DNA of 64,000 nt from Planctomycetales bacterium (GCA_030612725.1 JAUWNJ010000009.1:33800-97799), one strand, 5' to 3'; positions 18,064 through 27,992 are shown, counted from the stretch's first letter. The notes: generated by a model not told the origin, from the letters alone. Translations and numbers: made by a program.

Positions 18064-18573
18064 CTACAAAAGGTCGATCATGTATGGCTTGAGCAGTTTC
18101 CTCATCCCTGCCATGTAGGCGACACCGACCAGAACAACGCCGATTGCCTGCAGGTTCCATTCACCCAGAACCAGCCCCATCGCCACCCCTGCAGCGGGTG
18201 GATGCTCGGTGTCCGTAATAACCATAAGTAAAATAGCCAATCCGATCGCTAATGAGGCAAAGAAAACGGTGCCTGTGGATTTGCTGATGACTTCAATTTG
18301 GCTGATGACAAGCAGTTGGCTTAACCAGTAGCACAGCGTACCGACAACGATTCCGACGATGTATCCGCCGATAAGGAAGCGAGCGTCGGAGACGCGTTTG
18401 TGCGGCATGGTGAAAATAACAAATGAACTTGCTCCCAGAGCGCCGAGGATTGCCGCGTTGGAAACTGCGTCCAGTATTACCATCGCAATCGCCATCGATA
18501 CCATCGCCAGCGAGCATTGGAGAAAATATTCAGTTTTATGTTCCTTGAATTTTTCGTCGAATAACCTCATCAT
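18064..18573 (-). CDS. HPP-family membrane protein
   Basis: LGASSFVIFTMP, TDTEHPPAAG, five hydrophobic segments. Confidence 0.9.
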   Translation of the reverse strand: MMRLFDEKFKEHKTEYFLQCSLAMVSMAIAMVILDAVSNAAILGALGASSFVIFTMPHKRVSDARFLIGGYIVGIVVGTLCYWLSQLLVISQIEVISKSTGTVFFASLAIGLAILLMVITDTEHPPAAGVAMGLVLGEWNLQAIGVVLVGVAYMAGMRKLLKPYMIDLL

Positions 18574-18620
18574 TAATATGTTTTCGGGAGTTTTTTCGGG
18601 AACTTGAATGGAGGCTGCGA

Positions 18621-20162
18621 ATGTTGGAGCGACTTTTTAATACGCATCAGATAGCCAACCTGCTCGGTACTAATGAAGCAGCGGTTGACGATTGGATAAA
18701 AAGGGGTTGGTTGCCCGTCAGGGATATGCCCGGCGAGCAGGTCCGCATTTCCGAAAAAGGGCTGGTGCAATTCCTCAAGAACAGGGGTATCGATTTGGAA
18801 GCGATTATAACCAACGTCGCTCCCAATGATGCTCAAGAACCGTTACCCGAAACGGTTTCGCCCGAAGAACCGCTTTCGCCTCCGTCTGAAGAATCACCCC
18901 GCACGGAACGTCCCCAGGTTGCGCCTGCGCCCCAAACCGACAGGGTTCCGCCCGATGAGATCGTTGAAGAGACAGGACATATCGAATCTCATCAGGCCGA
19001 TCCCGCCGCTCAGGTGGCTGACGCCCTGCTCCGGGACGCTGCCGTAAAGCGGGTAAGCCACATTCATCTGGACTCCTGCCGGGACGAACTGTCGCTGCGT
19101 GTGCGAATCGACGGCCTACTGCACGACAAGCCCAATTTCAAGTCGCGTCTTCCCAAAGGTCTTGGCCCACGTTTAGTGGCGCATTTAAAAAACCTTGCAG
19201 GCCTGGAGGTCGGCGAAGTCGTCGCCCCCCAAACCGGCTCTTTCCGTCTTGACATCAATGGGACGCAGGAGGATTTTCGCCTTGCGACTCATCCGACTCT
19301 GCATGGCGAAAGACTGGTGATTCACGTTCGGCTGCGCGGGCAGGACACCCCAATGCTGGATGGCATCGGTCTGGGGGAAGATGATCTCTCGTCGTTGCGG
19401 GCAATGCTGGCTGAACCGTGCGGACTTATACTGGTGGCAGGACTACCCGGAAGCGGGCCGGCGACGACGCTGCGGGCAATGCTCGCAGAAGTCGATACCG
19501 CACGACGGGATGTCGTCGCACTGGAAACGCGAAGCCAATTCCCGCTCGAAGGCATAAGCCGATACCGCATCGACCGCGAGAAAGGCGATACCGTTGCCGA
19601 TACCCTGCGATCGCTTTGCAATCAGGATGTTGATGTAATCCTGGCTGACGACATTACGGAGCGTTCTGCTGCTACCGGTGCAGTCGAAGCCGCCGTTGCC
19701 GGCCGGCTGGTGCTGGCGGGAGTATTCGCCAGAAATTCCGCCGTTGCGATGGAGATGCTTCTGGAATCCGCCAAGCCATGGACGCTGGCGTCGGCTTTGC
19801 TGACGGTAATCAATCTGCGAACCGTACGCAAAATCTGCCCGAAGTGCAGGCAGGAAGCCAAACCCCCAGACAATCTGTCGCTGGATTTCCCCGTCTATCG
19901 CGGAGCCGGTTGCGACGAATGTTCGCAAACCGGATATGCCGGCAGGACCGGGCTGTTTTCGCTGCTTCGGGTTGACGAGATTATCGCGGCGATACTGCGA
20001 AACAACGACAATGCCGGACAAATCATATTTGCCGCCGAACAGGCCGGTATAAAAACGCTCCACCAGGCGGGCCTGGAAAAAGTCCGCGACGGAATAACCT
20101 CGCTCGAAGAACTATCGCGGATTCTCCCGCAATTCCCCGGAAGCGAAAGAAAGGCAAAATAA
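18621..20162 (+). CDS. HTH + GspE/PilB-family ATPase domain with degenerate catalytic motifs
   Basis: N-terminal excisionase-like HTH (FNTHQIANLLG...WIKRGWL); SHIH...RVRIDGLL, PQTG, CPKC...GCDECSQTGYAGR, GITSLEE; Walker A reads GLPGSGPATT. Confidence 0.85.
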   Translation: MLERLFNTHQIANLLGTNEAAVDDWIKRGWLPVRDMPGEQVRISEKGLVQFLKNRGIDLEAIITNVAPNDAQEPLPETVSPEEPLSPPSEESPRTERPQVAPAPQTDRVPPDEIVEETGHIESHQADPAAQVADALLRDAAVKRVSHIHLDSCRDELSLRVRIDGLLHDKPNFKSRLPKGLGPRLVAHLKNLAGLEVGEVVAPQTGSFRLDINGTQEDFRLATHPTLHGERLVIHVRLRGQDTPMLDGIGLGEDDLSSLRAMLAEPCGLILVAGLPGSGPATTLRAMLAEVDTARRDVVALETRSQFPLEGISRYRIDREKGDTVADTLRSLCNQDVDVILADDITERSAATGAVEAAVAGRLVLAGVFARNSAVAMEMLLESAKPWTLASALLTVINLRTVRKICPKCRQEAKPPDNLSLDFPVYRGAGCDECSQTGYAGRTGLFSLLRVDEIIAAILRNNDNAGQIIFAAEQAGIKTLHQAGLEKVRDGITSLEELSRILPQFPGSERKAK

Positions 20163-20164
20163 TA

Positions 20165-20212
20165 GTATTATGTCCCCGGATTTTATGTCCCCGGATTTTG
20201 TCCCCGGAATTT
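20165..20212. repeat. Triplicated TGTCCCCGGA motif
   Basis: TATGTCCCCGGATTT x2 plus TGTCCCCGGAATTT; reverse complement occurs at 22084-22103. Confidence 0.85.
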
Positions 20213-20326
20213 CATTACAACTTTGGTATGATATTTTACTTGGGCAACCCTTGTTATCCTTTGGGAATATACGATAGGATCACACATCTTTGACAGGTTC
20301 GGCTTCACAAAAGGAACATCCGGTTT

Positions 20327-21313
20327 ATGCGAGAAGACTGGAACAACATCATCTGTATTGACCACTGGGATCCGGATGAGTCCTCCTACGAGAGCGGCTT
20401 GTACCCGGAGGGCAGCCGGGAAAAAGCGGTCTACTTCTCCCCGGCCGATGTGAAACCGTTGCCGTTGAAGCCCAAGTGGCGTTACCTGTTCAAGAAATCC
20501 AGGGCTTGGGCGCCGTGGCAGTTCTGGATGGAAATCATGGCCTACCGGATTGGTCAAATTATGGGTGTTCAGGTTCCCCCTGCTTATGTTGGACTAAGCA
20601 AAAAAGAATCGCCGGGACAAGAAACCTACGGAGCGTTGATAGAATGGTTCTATTCTGAAGATGAACTATACATCGAAGGTTCGCGCCTCATATCCCCGCT
20701 CATACCAGGATTTGACCATAAGACTGGTAAACAGCATAACTTAAGAACAATCCTGAATCATCTACTCAAAAAACCTTCTGATTCAAACAAGATTTTCCGT
20801 AAGATGCTGGAGCACTGGGCCAAGGTCTTGGCATTTGATACCATAATAGGAAATACGGATCGCCATCCGGAAAACTGGGGCATCATTATCCCACGTAAAC
20901 CATCCGGCAAGACCATCCCAGTGAGACTTTCTCCCGCATTTGACAACGGGACGGCAATGTCCTATGAGCAACCCGAAGAACATTTTGCGAGATTCGACAA
21001 TGAGCAATACGCTACCCGATATTTAACCCACCCCCAAAAAGCAAGACATCACATGAGATGGAGTCTTGACGACTGCGGAAATATGAATTTCTTCGATTTT
21101 ATGTGTAGATTCGTTTCGGAGTATCCAAAAACGAAGGCGTCCATTGTACGGATGCTCCAATTTACGTACGACGACCTTCGCGATTGCCTCGAACCTTTAA
21201 CGGATATTGTTATTGACGAAAGGTCTCGTTTGACAAAACCGCGGCTGGATTTTACACTAAAGCTTATTATGAGACGAACAACATTGCTCAGAGAAGCGAT
21301 GGGAAAAATATGA
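20327..21313 (+). CDS. HipA/CtkA-like Ser/Thr kinase
   Basis: GSREK loop, YLFK, EIMAYRIG, catalytic DTIIGNTDRHPENWG, RLSPAFDNG. Confidence 0.88.
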   Translation: MREDWNNIICIDHWDPDESSYESGLYPEGSREKAVYFSPADVKPLPLKPKWRYLFKKSRAWAPWQFWMEIMAYRIGQIMGVQVPPAYVGLSKKESPGQETYGALIEWFYSEDELYIEGSRLISPLIPGFDHKTGKQHNLRTILNHLLKKPSDSNKIFRKMLEHWAKVLAFDTIIGNTDRHPENWGIIIPRKPSGKTIPVRLSPAFDNGTAMSYEQPEEHFARFDNEQYATRYLTHPQKARHHMRWSLDDCGNMNFFDFMCRFVSEYPKTKASIVRMLQFTYDDLRDCLEPLTDIVIDERSRLTKPRLDFTLKLIMRRTTLLREAMGKI

Positions 21314-22038
21314 AGTATATCGAACACATCATAGAACCGACAAGGCTTCTGTTGTCTTGGCAATCCCCCAGCAGTTCCAGTCGGGGACGCTATATCGTCG
21401 CAGAACTGCTTCGTAATGGGGATGATGCCGACTTGGTATACCTGAGCGACAGTCAGGACTACATCAAGGCCAAGGAGAAGGGATTCACCGGTGAATATGG
21501 CGGATATCCGGGATTCCCTGCAATAAACAAGGAACATTCGGGAGTCCTTGCCGCTTTCATAAAGCGACTGCCCCCTCGCTACCGGACTGATTTTGAGAAG
21601 TTCATGGACGCTATCAGGATTCGGCCAGGTACAGATATCTCGGATTTTGCACTTCTGGGATACGCTGGTGCCAGGCTGCCTGGTGATGACTTTTATATCA
21701 TTCATCCCTTCGACAAGGCCCGGCCTCCATTTGAATTACTTCTTCTGGTAGCAGGATATAGGTACTATCGCGATAACGTGCCATACGAAGCATTGAAGAT
21801 TGGAATGGCTGCGAAATTCGAGGCTGAGCCGAGTAATCCACATGACAAAAATGCCATCAGAATTGTAATACCGGAAGTTGCTGATCAAACCGCTGGATAT
21901 GTCTGCCGTGGATTGCTACCTCAATTTCAGCGTTGGCTGGATGCGGGCTGGGATATAGAAGGAACGATTGAGCGGCGAAACGGGGTAAATGATCACCCGA
22001 TCGTTTATCTTTTTGTCAAAATCCGTAAGCCAACTTAA
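21310..22038 (+). CDS. HIRAN-domain protein coupled to the kinase
   Basis: ATGA overlap with kinase stop; C-terminal VAGYRYY...EPSNPHDKNAIRI...GYV HIRAN pattern. Confidence 0.8.
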   Translation: MKYIEHIIEPTRLLLSWQSPSSSSRGRYIVAELLRNGDDADLVYLSDSQDYIKAKEKGFTGEYGGYPGFPAINKEHSGVLAAFIKRLPPRYRTDFEKFMDAIRIRPGTDISDFALLGYAGARLPGDDFYIIHPFDKARPPFELLLLVAGYRYYRDNVPYEALKIGMAAKFEAEPSNPHDKNAIRIVIPEVADQTAGYVCRGLLPQFQRWLDAGWDIEGTIERRNGVNDHPIVYLFVKIRKPT

Positions 22039-22163
22039 CTGCTTCTATTGCTTGGTACTTTCATAGCTTGGTGCCGGATACCAGGAATTCCGGGGACACA
22101 ATATGATTGTTATTGACGTTTGTGTGCGCAAGTTGGTCATATTCCGGAATTCCCCCCTTAATC

Positions 22164-22197
22164 GGAAGAATCTTCCTGGTTGACGGAAGAATCTTCC
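22164..22197. promoter_or_regulatory. Tandem palindromic operator, candidate enhancer for a sigma54 activator
   Basis: GGAAGAATCTTCC at 22164-22176 and 22185-22197, 21-bp period, upstream of the sigma54 promoter. Confidence 0.55.
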
Positions 22198-22308
22198 GGT
22201 TTCCAACTTTCGCTCGTAAATAAAAGACAAAGCAAAAATCGCATCTGTCTTTTGTAACTCCCTTCTGTGTAGCATATTAGAATCATTTCTGACACCTCCC
22301 AAAGTCTT

Positions 22309-22324
22309 TGGCACGCACGTTGCT
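22309..22324 (+). promoter_or_regulatory. sigma54 -24/-12 promoter of the flagellar operon
   Basis: TGGCAC-GCACG-TTGCT, exact consensus, ~40 bp upstream of fliK. Confidence 0.8.
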
Positions 22325-22365
22325 CCAATGATGGGCCGACGAAAGGAATTTTCTATACAATCGAT

Positions 22366-23961
22366 ATGAACGTAGCACTGAATAATCTGATAATGCCGGC
22401 ATCGGCAGCAGCGCCTTCGGGAGAGGTTTCATCAAAGTCGAAACACTCCGCCTCAGGCCAAGCCGATAAAACCGCAAACTCCGAAGCAAAGCCTGCACAG
22501 GCCGACAAACCTGCCAAGAAGTCTGCGAATTCCAAAGACGCCCCGGACGCCACTAAAAAGAGCAAGGTTCACACCGGTCCGAAAACCTCCGACGGAAAGG
22601 CCTCCAAACTCAAAAAGGGCGAGAAGGTCGTCGTTGCAGCGGTTTCAGGTCCGAAGGTTTTTTCAGAGATTATTCAATCCGCGAAGGCGTCGGGTAATTT
22701 TCGTCAGGTCGATAGTGGCGAATCGACGGCAGAAGTCCTTACTAAAAAGGACGCCGGGAATCCCGATATTGTGTTCGCGGGCAAGACCCATGCTGTAAAG
22801 GGCGACGCTGATTCATTACAGGTTCGGGCATCCATACTCGGCAAGACACAGGTCGCCCAAGCCACAAATAAGCCCGTCCCGGAAGGTCAGGCAGTGGCTA
22901 CGTCCGAGGTTGTCGGGAAAACCGTTGTCGGGAATCCCGTTGGCAAAGACTCCATTGGCGAAAATGCCGTTGGCGAGATGCCTCTCAATACCGAGCCGGC
23001 TGCGTTACACCGCGAGCCTATCAAGATCACCGAGGCTTTGGCCGATGCGGTTTCGCCTGATACCGGTGCGGAAATCGCGGGGAAATCGCAGATGGGGCTT
23101 GAGGCTCCGGAGGTGAATCAGCAGGTATTGACATCGCCGGCTGGGCCTGTCCTGCCGGCGTTGGTAGAGGGAATGAAGCAGGTTTCCGACGCGACACGCA
23201 TACCGGCCCCTGTGGCAGGTGAAAAAAATACCCAGACCGCTTCTTCCGCTACCGGGCGGAAAGTGCTTTCAACGGCAGGGCTTACGCCAAATAAATCGGC
23301 CGAGGGTGCCGATGGAACGGACGCGGGGATTAAAATCGACACCTTACTGCAAGGTTCTGGCGATCCCGTTGCTGCCGTTGGTCAGACGCAGACAGGGCAT
23401 GGCGAAACCTCGCAGGAAGTCATGCAGCATCTCGGTGCTACCGCCGAGCCGGTTCGCGTTGATACAGTAGATACGCCGACGGTTTCTTCGGAAAACTCGT
23501 TGCCGGCACCGGCAGCGAATCAGGTCGTCGAAGCGTTGCGAGCAAGTGCATCCCGCCAGGGTAATCAGGTCGTAATCCATCTGAATCCTCCGGAATTGGG
23601 GAAAGTCAGCATAAGACTGAGCGTTACCGGAAATGATGTTCGTGGCGTGCTGCGAGTGGAAAACCCCCAGACGCTCACTCAACTTCAGCGAGAGGCCCCC
23701 GCCCTTCTGAACCGATTGGCCGAAGCGGGCGTGCAATTGAGGCAAATGGACTTGTCGCTGAGTGAACAGGGGTCGGGCGATTCATCGCTTTACTCGCAAC
23801 TGCATGACGAGAGCGGCCTGTGGGGTCAGAACAATCAGGGCGAAAATTCGCAGCCGACCGCGAGTGAATTACTTTCAGATGAGCATGTTTTGGTCGGCGT
23901 TGAAGAGACAGGGCGGGAAGTAACCACGCTCGCAGATGACGCGATTAATGTCTGGATTTAG
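22366..23961 (+). CDS. fliK: Flagellar hook-length control protein
   Basis: Low-complexity N-region; C-terminal IHLNPPELGKVSI; directly upstream of flgD. Confidence 0.9.
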   Translation: MNVALNNLIMPASAAAPSGEVSSKSKHSASGQADKTANSEAKPAQADKPAKKSANSKDAPDATKKSKVHTGPKTSDGKASKLKKGEKVVVAAVSGPKVFSEIIQSAKASGNFRQVDSGESTAEVLTKKDAGNPDIVFAGKTHAVKGDADSLQVRASILGKTQVAQATNKPVPEGQAVATSEVVGKTVVGNPVGKDSIGENAVGEMPLNTEPAALHREPIKITEALADAVSPDTGAEIAGKSQMGLEAPEVNQQVLTSPAGPVLPALVEGMKQVSDATRIPAPVAGEKNTQTASSATGRKVLSTAGLTPNKSAEGADGTDAGIKIDTLLQGSGDPVAAVGQTQTGHGETSQEVMQHLGATAEPVRVDTVDTPTVSSENSLPAPAANQVVEALRASASRQGNQVVIHLNPPELGKVSIRLSVTGNDVRGVLRVENPQTLTQLQREAPALLNRLAEAGVQLRQMDLSLSEQGSGDSSLYSQLHDESGLWGQNNQGENSQPTASELLSDEHVLVGVEETGREVTTLADDAINVWI

Positions 23962-23970
23962 GAGAATATC

Positions 23971-24375
23971 ATGAGCGCTATATCAGGAATAACCAGCAGC
24001 GCTGAAAGCATTCAGGTCGATTATCTGAACCTGCTGATGGCACAGTTGCAGAACCAGAATCCGCTGGAACCGATGAGCAGCACAGATATGACTTCCCAGT
24101 TGGCGCAGATTTCGCAGCTGGAGCGCCTGGAGAGCATCGACAAGCAGATGTCGTCTCTGGAGAACATCGACAGCAGGTTCCAGCAGGCGATGCTGACAGC
24201 CGAACTCAACGAAGCGACGGCGCTAATCGGAAAGACGGTTTCCTTCTTTCCTGCCAATTCGGCCATCGCCGTTTCCGGTAAGGTTGACGGCGTGAACATT
24301 GTCGATGGGGCCGCCCTGCTGAACGTGGGCGAATACAACGTCAAAGTGGACGACATTATGTCCATCAGCGAATAA
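23971..24375 (+). CDS. flgD: Flagellar hook capping protein
   Basis: YLNLLMAQLQNQNPLEPM...QLAQISQLE, ALIGKTV. Confidence 0.93.
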   Translation: MSAISGITSSAESIQVDYLNLLMAQLQNQNPLEPMSSTDMTSQLAQISQLERLESIDKQMSSLENIDSRFQQAMLTAELNEATALIGKTVSFFPANSAIAVSGKVDGVNIVDGAALLNVGEYNVKVDDIMSISE

Positions 24376-24414
24376 AACGAAAAATTCAGAAACTCTTTCG
24401 ATAAAGGATAAATC

Positions 24415-26076
24415 ATGGGTAATGCACTATTAGCGGGCGTTTCGGGTCTGAAGGCACACCAGACGATGCTTGACGTAACGGGCAACAACCTTGCCAACCT
24501 CAATACATACGGATTTAAGGGCAGCAGGACCGTTTTCGCCGATATGCTCAGCAGTACGCTGCGAGAAGGTACCGAGCCGACCGAGAATACCGGTGGAACC
24601 AACCCGATCCAGGTCGGAAGCGGAACGCAGGTCGCCAGCGTGGACAGGATTATGACGCAGGGTGGTCTGGTTACGACGGGTCAGCCGCTGGATATGGCCA
24701 TTGAGGGCGAGGGATATTTCGTCCTGAACAACGGTCAAACCGACGCCTTTACGCGTGTCGGTTCCTTCGCGGTCGATTCGGGTTACTACCTGGTCGATCC
24801 CGGAACGGGTTATCGCGTACAGCGTTTCGGTACCGAAGGCGAGACAGAGGGGTTCCAGACAAACGACAGCATCAAAATTCCTTACGACGTTACACTCGAA
24901 GCCCAGGCAACTGAGAATATCAACGTTTCGGGCAACCTGAACGGAAACGCATCAAGTCCGACCACCAACGTGTTAGGCAGCAGGTTGCAGTACACTGCAG
25001 GAGAAATGGTTACAGAGACTACGCTTCTGGCGGACTTGAACGAGACCAGCGGTCTTGTCGATGGCGATGAAATTCAGATTACCGGTACCGATTGCGACGG
25101 TGATGCCGTCAACGCCACATATATAATTGCCGACGCGACTACGGCGACAGTGGGGGACCTGCTGACGGCGATTTCCGCTGCGTTCACCGGTTCCACAGCG
25201 TCCATCTTCAGCGGCGAAATTCGCATGACCGATGATGCCGCCGGTTACAGTCAGACGGACATGATGCTGGAATTCACCGGTACCGGCGGCGGTGTCCCGA
25301 CCGGGACATTCACAATGCCCGAGTATTTCCAGATTCTTGAGGCGGGTGGTGAGGCTACGCAGGATGTCAGCATCGAAATTTTCGACTCGCAAGGTATCGG
25401 TCATATCCTCGGCGCCTCGTTTGTCAGCAACGTCGCCGGTGATTGGGATCTCGTTATCACCTCTATAGCCGGTGAAGTCGATAATCTGAACGACAGGCGG
25501 ATCAGCGGAATAACATTCCAGGAAACCGGTAACTACGGCGGTATCGTAGGTACGCCCCCGGACGATCCGACATTCAGCATAACCTTCAGTAACGCTCCCG
25601 ATACGGTGCGAGTGATTGAAGTGGACTTTGGGTTGGTAGGCGGGCGACAGATTACTGTCTCCGGTGAAGAGGTCGGTCTCGCAACCGTCTCAATGGATGA
25701 CCAGGACGGATATACGTCGGGACAGTTGGCCAGTATGTCGGTTACACAGGAAGGTATCCTTGCAGGACTGTTCACCAACGGCGTTACCCAGAATATCGCA
25801 TCGATTAAAATGGCGGTCTTCCAGAACCCTGCCGGTCTTGCAGCCTTGGGTAATAGCTACTTCGCAGCCTCCGGAAACTCCGGCGACCCCCTCTACACCA
25901 GAGGCATGAGCGGCGGGGCCGGAACCATCCGGGGCGGATCGCTGGAACAGTCAAACGTGGACGTCGCCGGCGAATTCGTCAACCTCATCCAGGCACAGAA
26001 CGGATACCAGGCAAACGCAAGGACAATCAAAGTCGCCAACGAAATGTTGAAGGAACTGGCAAACCTGATCCGCTAA
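24415..26076 (+). CDS. flgE: Flagellar hook protein
   Basis: GVSGL...GNNLANLNTYGFK, LDMAIEGEGYF, LEQSNVDVAGEFVNLIQAQNGYQANAR. Confidence 0.93.
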   Translation: MGNALLAGVSGLKAHQTMLDVTGNNLANLNTYGFKGSRTVFADMLSSTLREGTEPTENTGGTNPIQVGSGTQVASVDRIMTQGGLVTTGQPLDMAIEGEGYFVLNNGQTDAFTRVGSFAVDSGYYLVDPGTGYRVQRFGTEGETEGFQTNDSIKIPYDVTLEAQATENINVSGNLNGNASSPTTNVLGSRLQYTAGEMVTETTLLADLNETSGLVDGDEIQITGTDCDGDAVNATYIIADATTATVGDLLTAISAAFTGSTASIFSGEIRMTDDAAGYSQTDMMLEFTGTGGGVPTGTFTMPEYFQILEAGGEATQDVSIEIFDSQGIGHILGASFVSNVAGDWDLVITSIAGEVDNLNDRRISGITFQETGNYGGIVGTPPDDPTFSITFSNAPDTVRVIEVDFGLVGGRQITVSGEEVGLATVSMDDQDGYTSGQLASMSVTQEGILAGLFTNGVTQNIASIKMAVFQNPAGLAALGNSYFAASGNSGDPLYTRGMSGGAGTIRGGSLEQSNVDVAGEFVNLIQAQNGYQANARTIKVANEMLKELANLIR

Positions 26077-26094
26077 CCGAACGGGTAATAACCA

Positions 26095-27255
26095 ATGCAC
26101 GGATGCTTATCCATAATGGCTTACTTCGGACCGATTCTGAGTGAGGTCTCCCCGGTTGACCGTTGGGACGGCGTGCGGAGTTTCACGTCGTCGGCCGACA
26201 AATCGTCGGGATTGGTATGGTGGGTGTTGGTGATTCTTGCTCTTGCCCTTTCGACAGTGGTTGTAATCGCCGCTGTCTGGAAGTACGGGCGGATGCGTCG
26301 AAAGGTGGCTGGGTTCCGTCGCGCCGGCGACCAGGCCGGTCTTAGAACCGAAGAAATAAAACTGCTTATGCACATCGCCAAACTTTCGGGCGTGAAGGAC
26401 ATCACCACTATATTCAACGCTGACGGGGCGTTTAATCACGGCCTTGACCGTTTGATGCACAGCGCCAGGGTCGCGGCAATGTCCGAAACTATGTGCGCGA
26501 ACCTCAACACCATGCTGGGGGCGTTACGAGAGAAACTCGGCTTCGAGCAAATCATGGACGATGGTACGAAGGCTATCAGTTCAAGCCGGCAGATTGCCCT
26601 CGGAAGCAGTGTTTTCATTACACTTCCGGGAGGCGACGGTCCGGTCGAAGCCACTATCGTAAGCACCGGAGATTCGGATTTTCTCGTCGAGTCCGATGAA
26701 CCTCTGGTCGGACACTTCGGTCAGGTCTGGGTCGTGCGTTGCCCCGTCGGATCAACCGCGTGGGAATTCGACGCGACTGTGATTCGCAGCGACATCGACG
26801 GAATAACGCTGAGGCATTCGTCCGATATTCGAATAATAAACCTCCGACGATTTCCCCGTATTGCGACGAACAAACCGGCCCAGGTTGCCATGTTTCCGTT
26901 CAGTGAGGATACGCCCGATCTTCAGTCGCCTCATTTTGTCCCGGCGGTTGTCGTCGAAATCGGCGGGTCGGGACTGCTGATAGAGATGCCCATGCAGGCG
27001 CACATCAACGAAAAAACAATCGTCATAGTGAAAATCGACAACAGACGCCAGGTCCAGGGCGTCGGGAAGGTCCGACGGGCCTTCACCGACGAAAATGGAA
27101 ACGAAATGGTGGCGATAGAACTGGTCGGATTGAACTCGGACGAACTGGCGGAACTGGTCAGCGAAACCAACATTGCAGCAAATCAGCGTAAGACCAAAGT
27201 CGCCGAAACCGGTGAAACGTCGGCTTGGTTACCCGAAGAAAAAGGACACAAATGA
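26095..27255 (+). CDS. Membrane-anchored YcgR/PilZ-like flagellar protein
   Basis: N-terminal TM; PilZ-like LRRFPRI (RxxxR-type) and EIGGSG (D/NxSxxG variant). Confidence 0.65.
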   Translation: MHGCLSIMAYFGPILSEVSPVDRWDGVRSFTSSADKSSGLVWWVLVILALALSTVVVIAAVWKYGRMRRKVAGFRRAGDQAGLRTEEIKLLMHIAKLSGVKDITTIFNADGAFNHGLDRLMHSARVAAMSETMCANLNTMLGALREKLGFEQIMDDGTKAISSSRQIALGSSVFITLPGGDGPVEATIVSTGDSDFLVESDEPLVGHFGQVWVVRCPVGSTAWEFDATVIRSDIDGITLRHSSDIRIINLRRFPRIATNKPAQVAMFPFSEDTPDLQSPHFVPAVVVEIGGSGLLIEMPMQAHINEKTIVIVKIDNRRQVQGVGKVRRAFTDENGNEMVAIELVGLNSDELAELVSETNIAANQRKTKVAETGETSAWLPEEKGHK

Positions 27256-27974
27256 ACGGTTCGATACAAGCGGCAGGTTCGAGCATGGACGCCCTGGGAA
27301 AGTGTTACCGGGTCATTACCCATAATCTCGCCAATGCCAACACCGTAGGATACAAACGACGAGCCGAGTCGATAAGGCAATCGCTTGCCGGTCAGACGAC
27401 GGGCGAAACCGGCGGTGAGGTTACCAGCCGGCCTTTTATTGATTTTTCACAGGGAAGACTGATTCACACAGGAAGGGCGCTGGACGTAGCCTTGGGCGGA
27501 AAGAACGCCTTTTTCGTCATTGAGACGCCCAAAGGTCAGATGTACACGCGTAACGGCGTTTTTCGCCTGAACGACCAGGGGCAGATGGTGGACTCAAGCG
27601 GGCAGAGCGTTGCCGGGCAGAGCGGTCCGCTTACCGTTCCGGCAAATGTCGGACCGGACGCAGTGAGCATCTCTTCCGACGGGCGGATTTCCGCAAACGG
27701 ACAGTCCCTCGGACAGTTCAAAATCGTTCAGTTCGACAAACCCGAACTGTTAGTGCCGATTGGGAAAAATCGTTTCAGCGCACCGAAATCCGCCGCTCCG
27801 AAACAGACGGAAAAACCCGGCGTTCACCAAAGGTTCCAGGAAGGTTCAAACGTGAGCGTCGTCAAGGAACTTGTTGATTTGATTACTGTAACCAGGCTTT
27901 ACGAAGCCAACGCAAAAAGCATCAAGGCCCACGACGAACGGATGAAAAATATCCTGCAAGTTGCAATGGGCTGA
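27252..27974 (+). CDS. flgF: Flagellar basal-body rod protein FlgF
   Basis: HNLANANTVGYK, DFSQG, YTRNGVF, EGSNVSVVKELV; precedes flgG. Confidence 0.88.
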   Translation: MNGSIQAAGSSMDALGKCYRVITHNLANANTVGYKRRAESIRQSLAGQTTGETGGEVTSRPFIDFSQGRLIHTGRALDVALGGKNAFFVIETPKGQMYTRNGVFRLNDQGQMVDSSGQSVAGQSGPLTVPANVGPDAVSISSDGRISANGQSLGQFKIVQFDKPELLVPIGKNRFSAPKSAAPKQTEKPGVHQRFQEGSNVSVVKELVDLITVTRLYEANAKSIKAHDERMKNILQVAMG

Positions 27975-27992
27975 TTATTTGAGGAGACAGGT

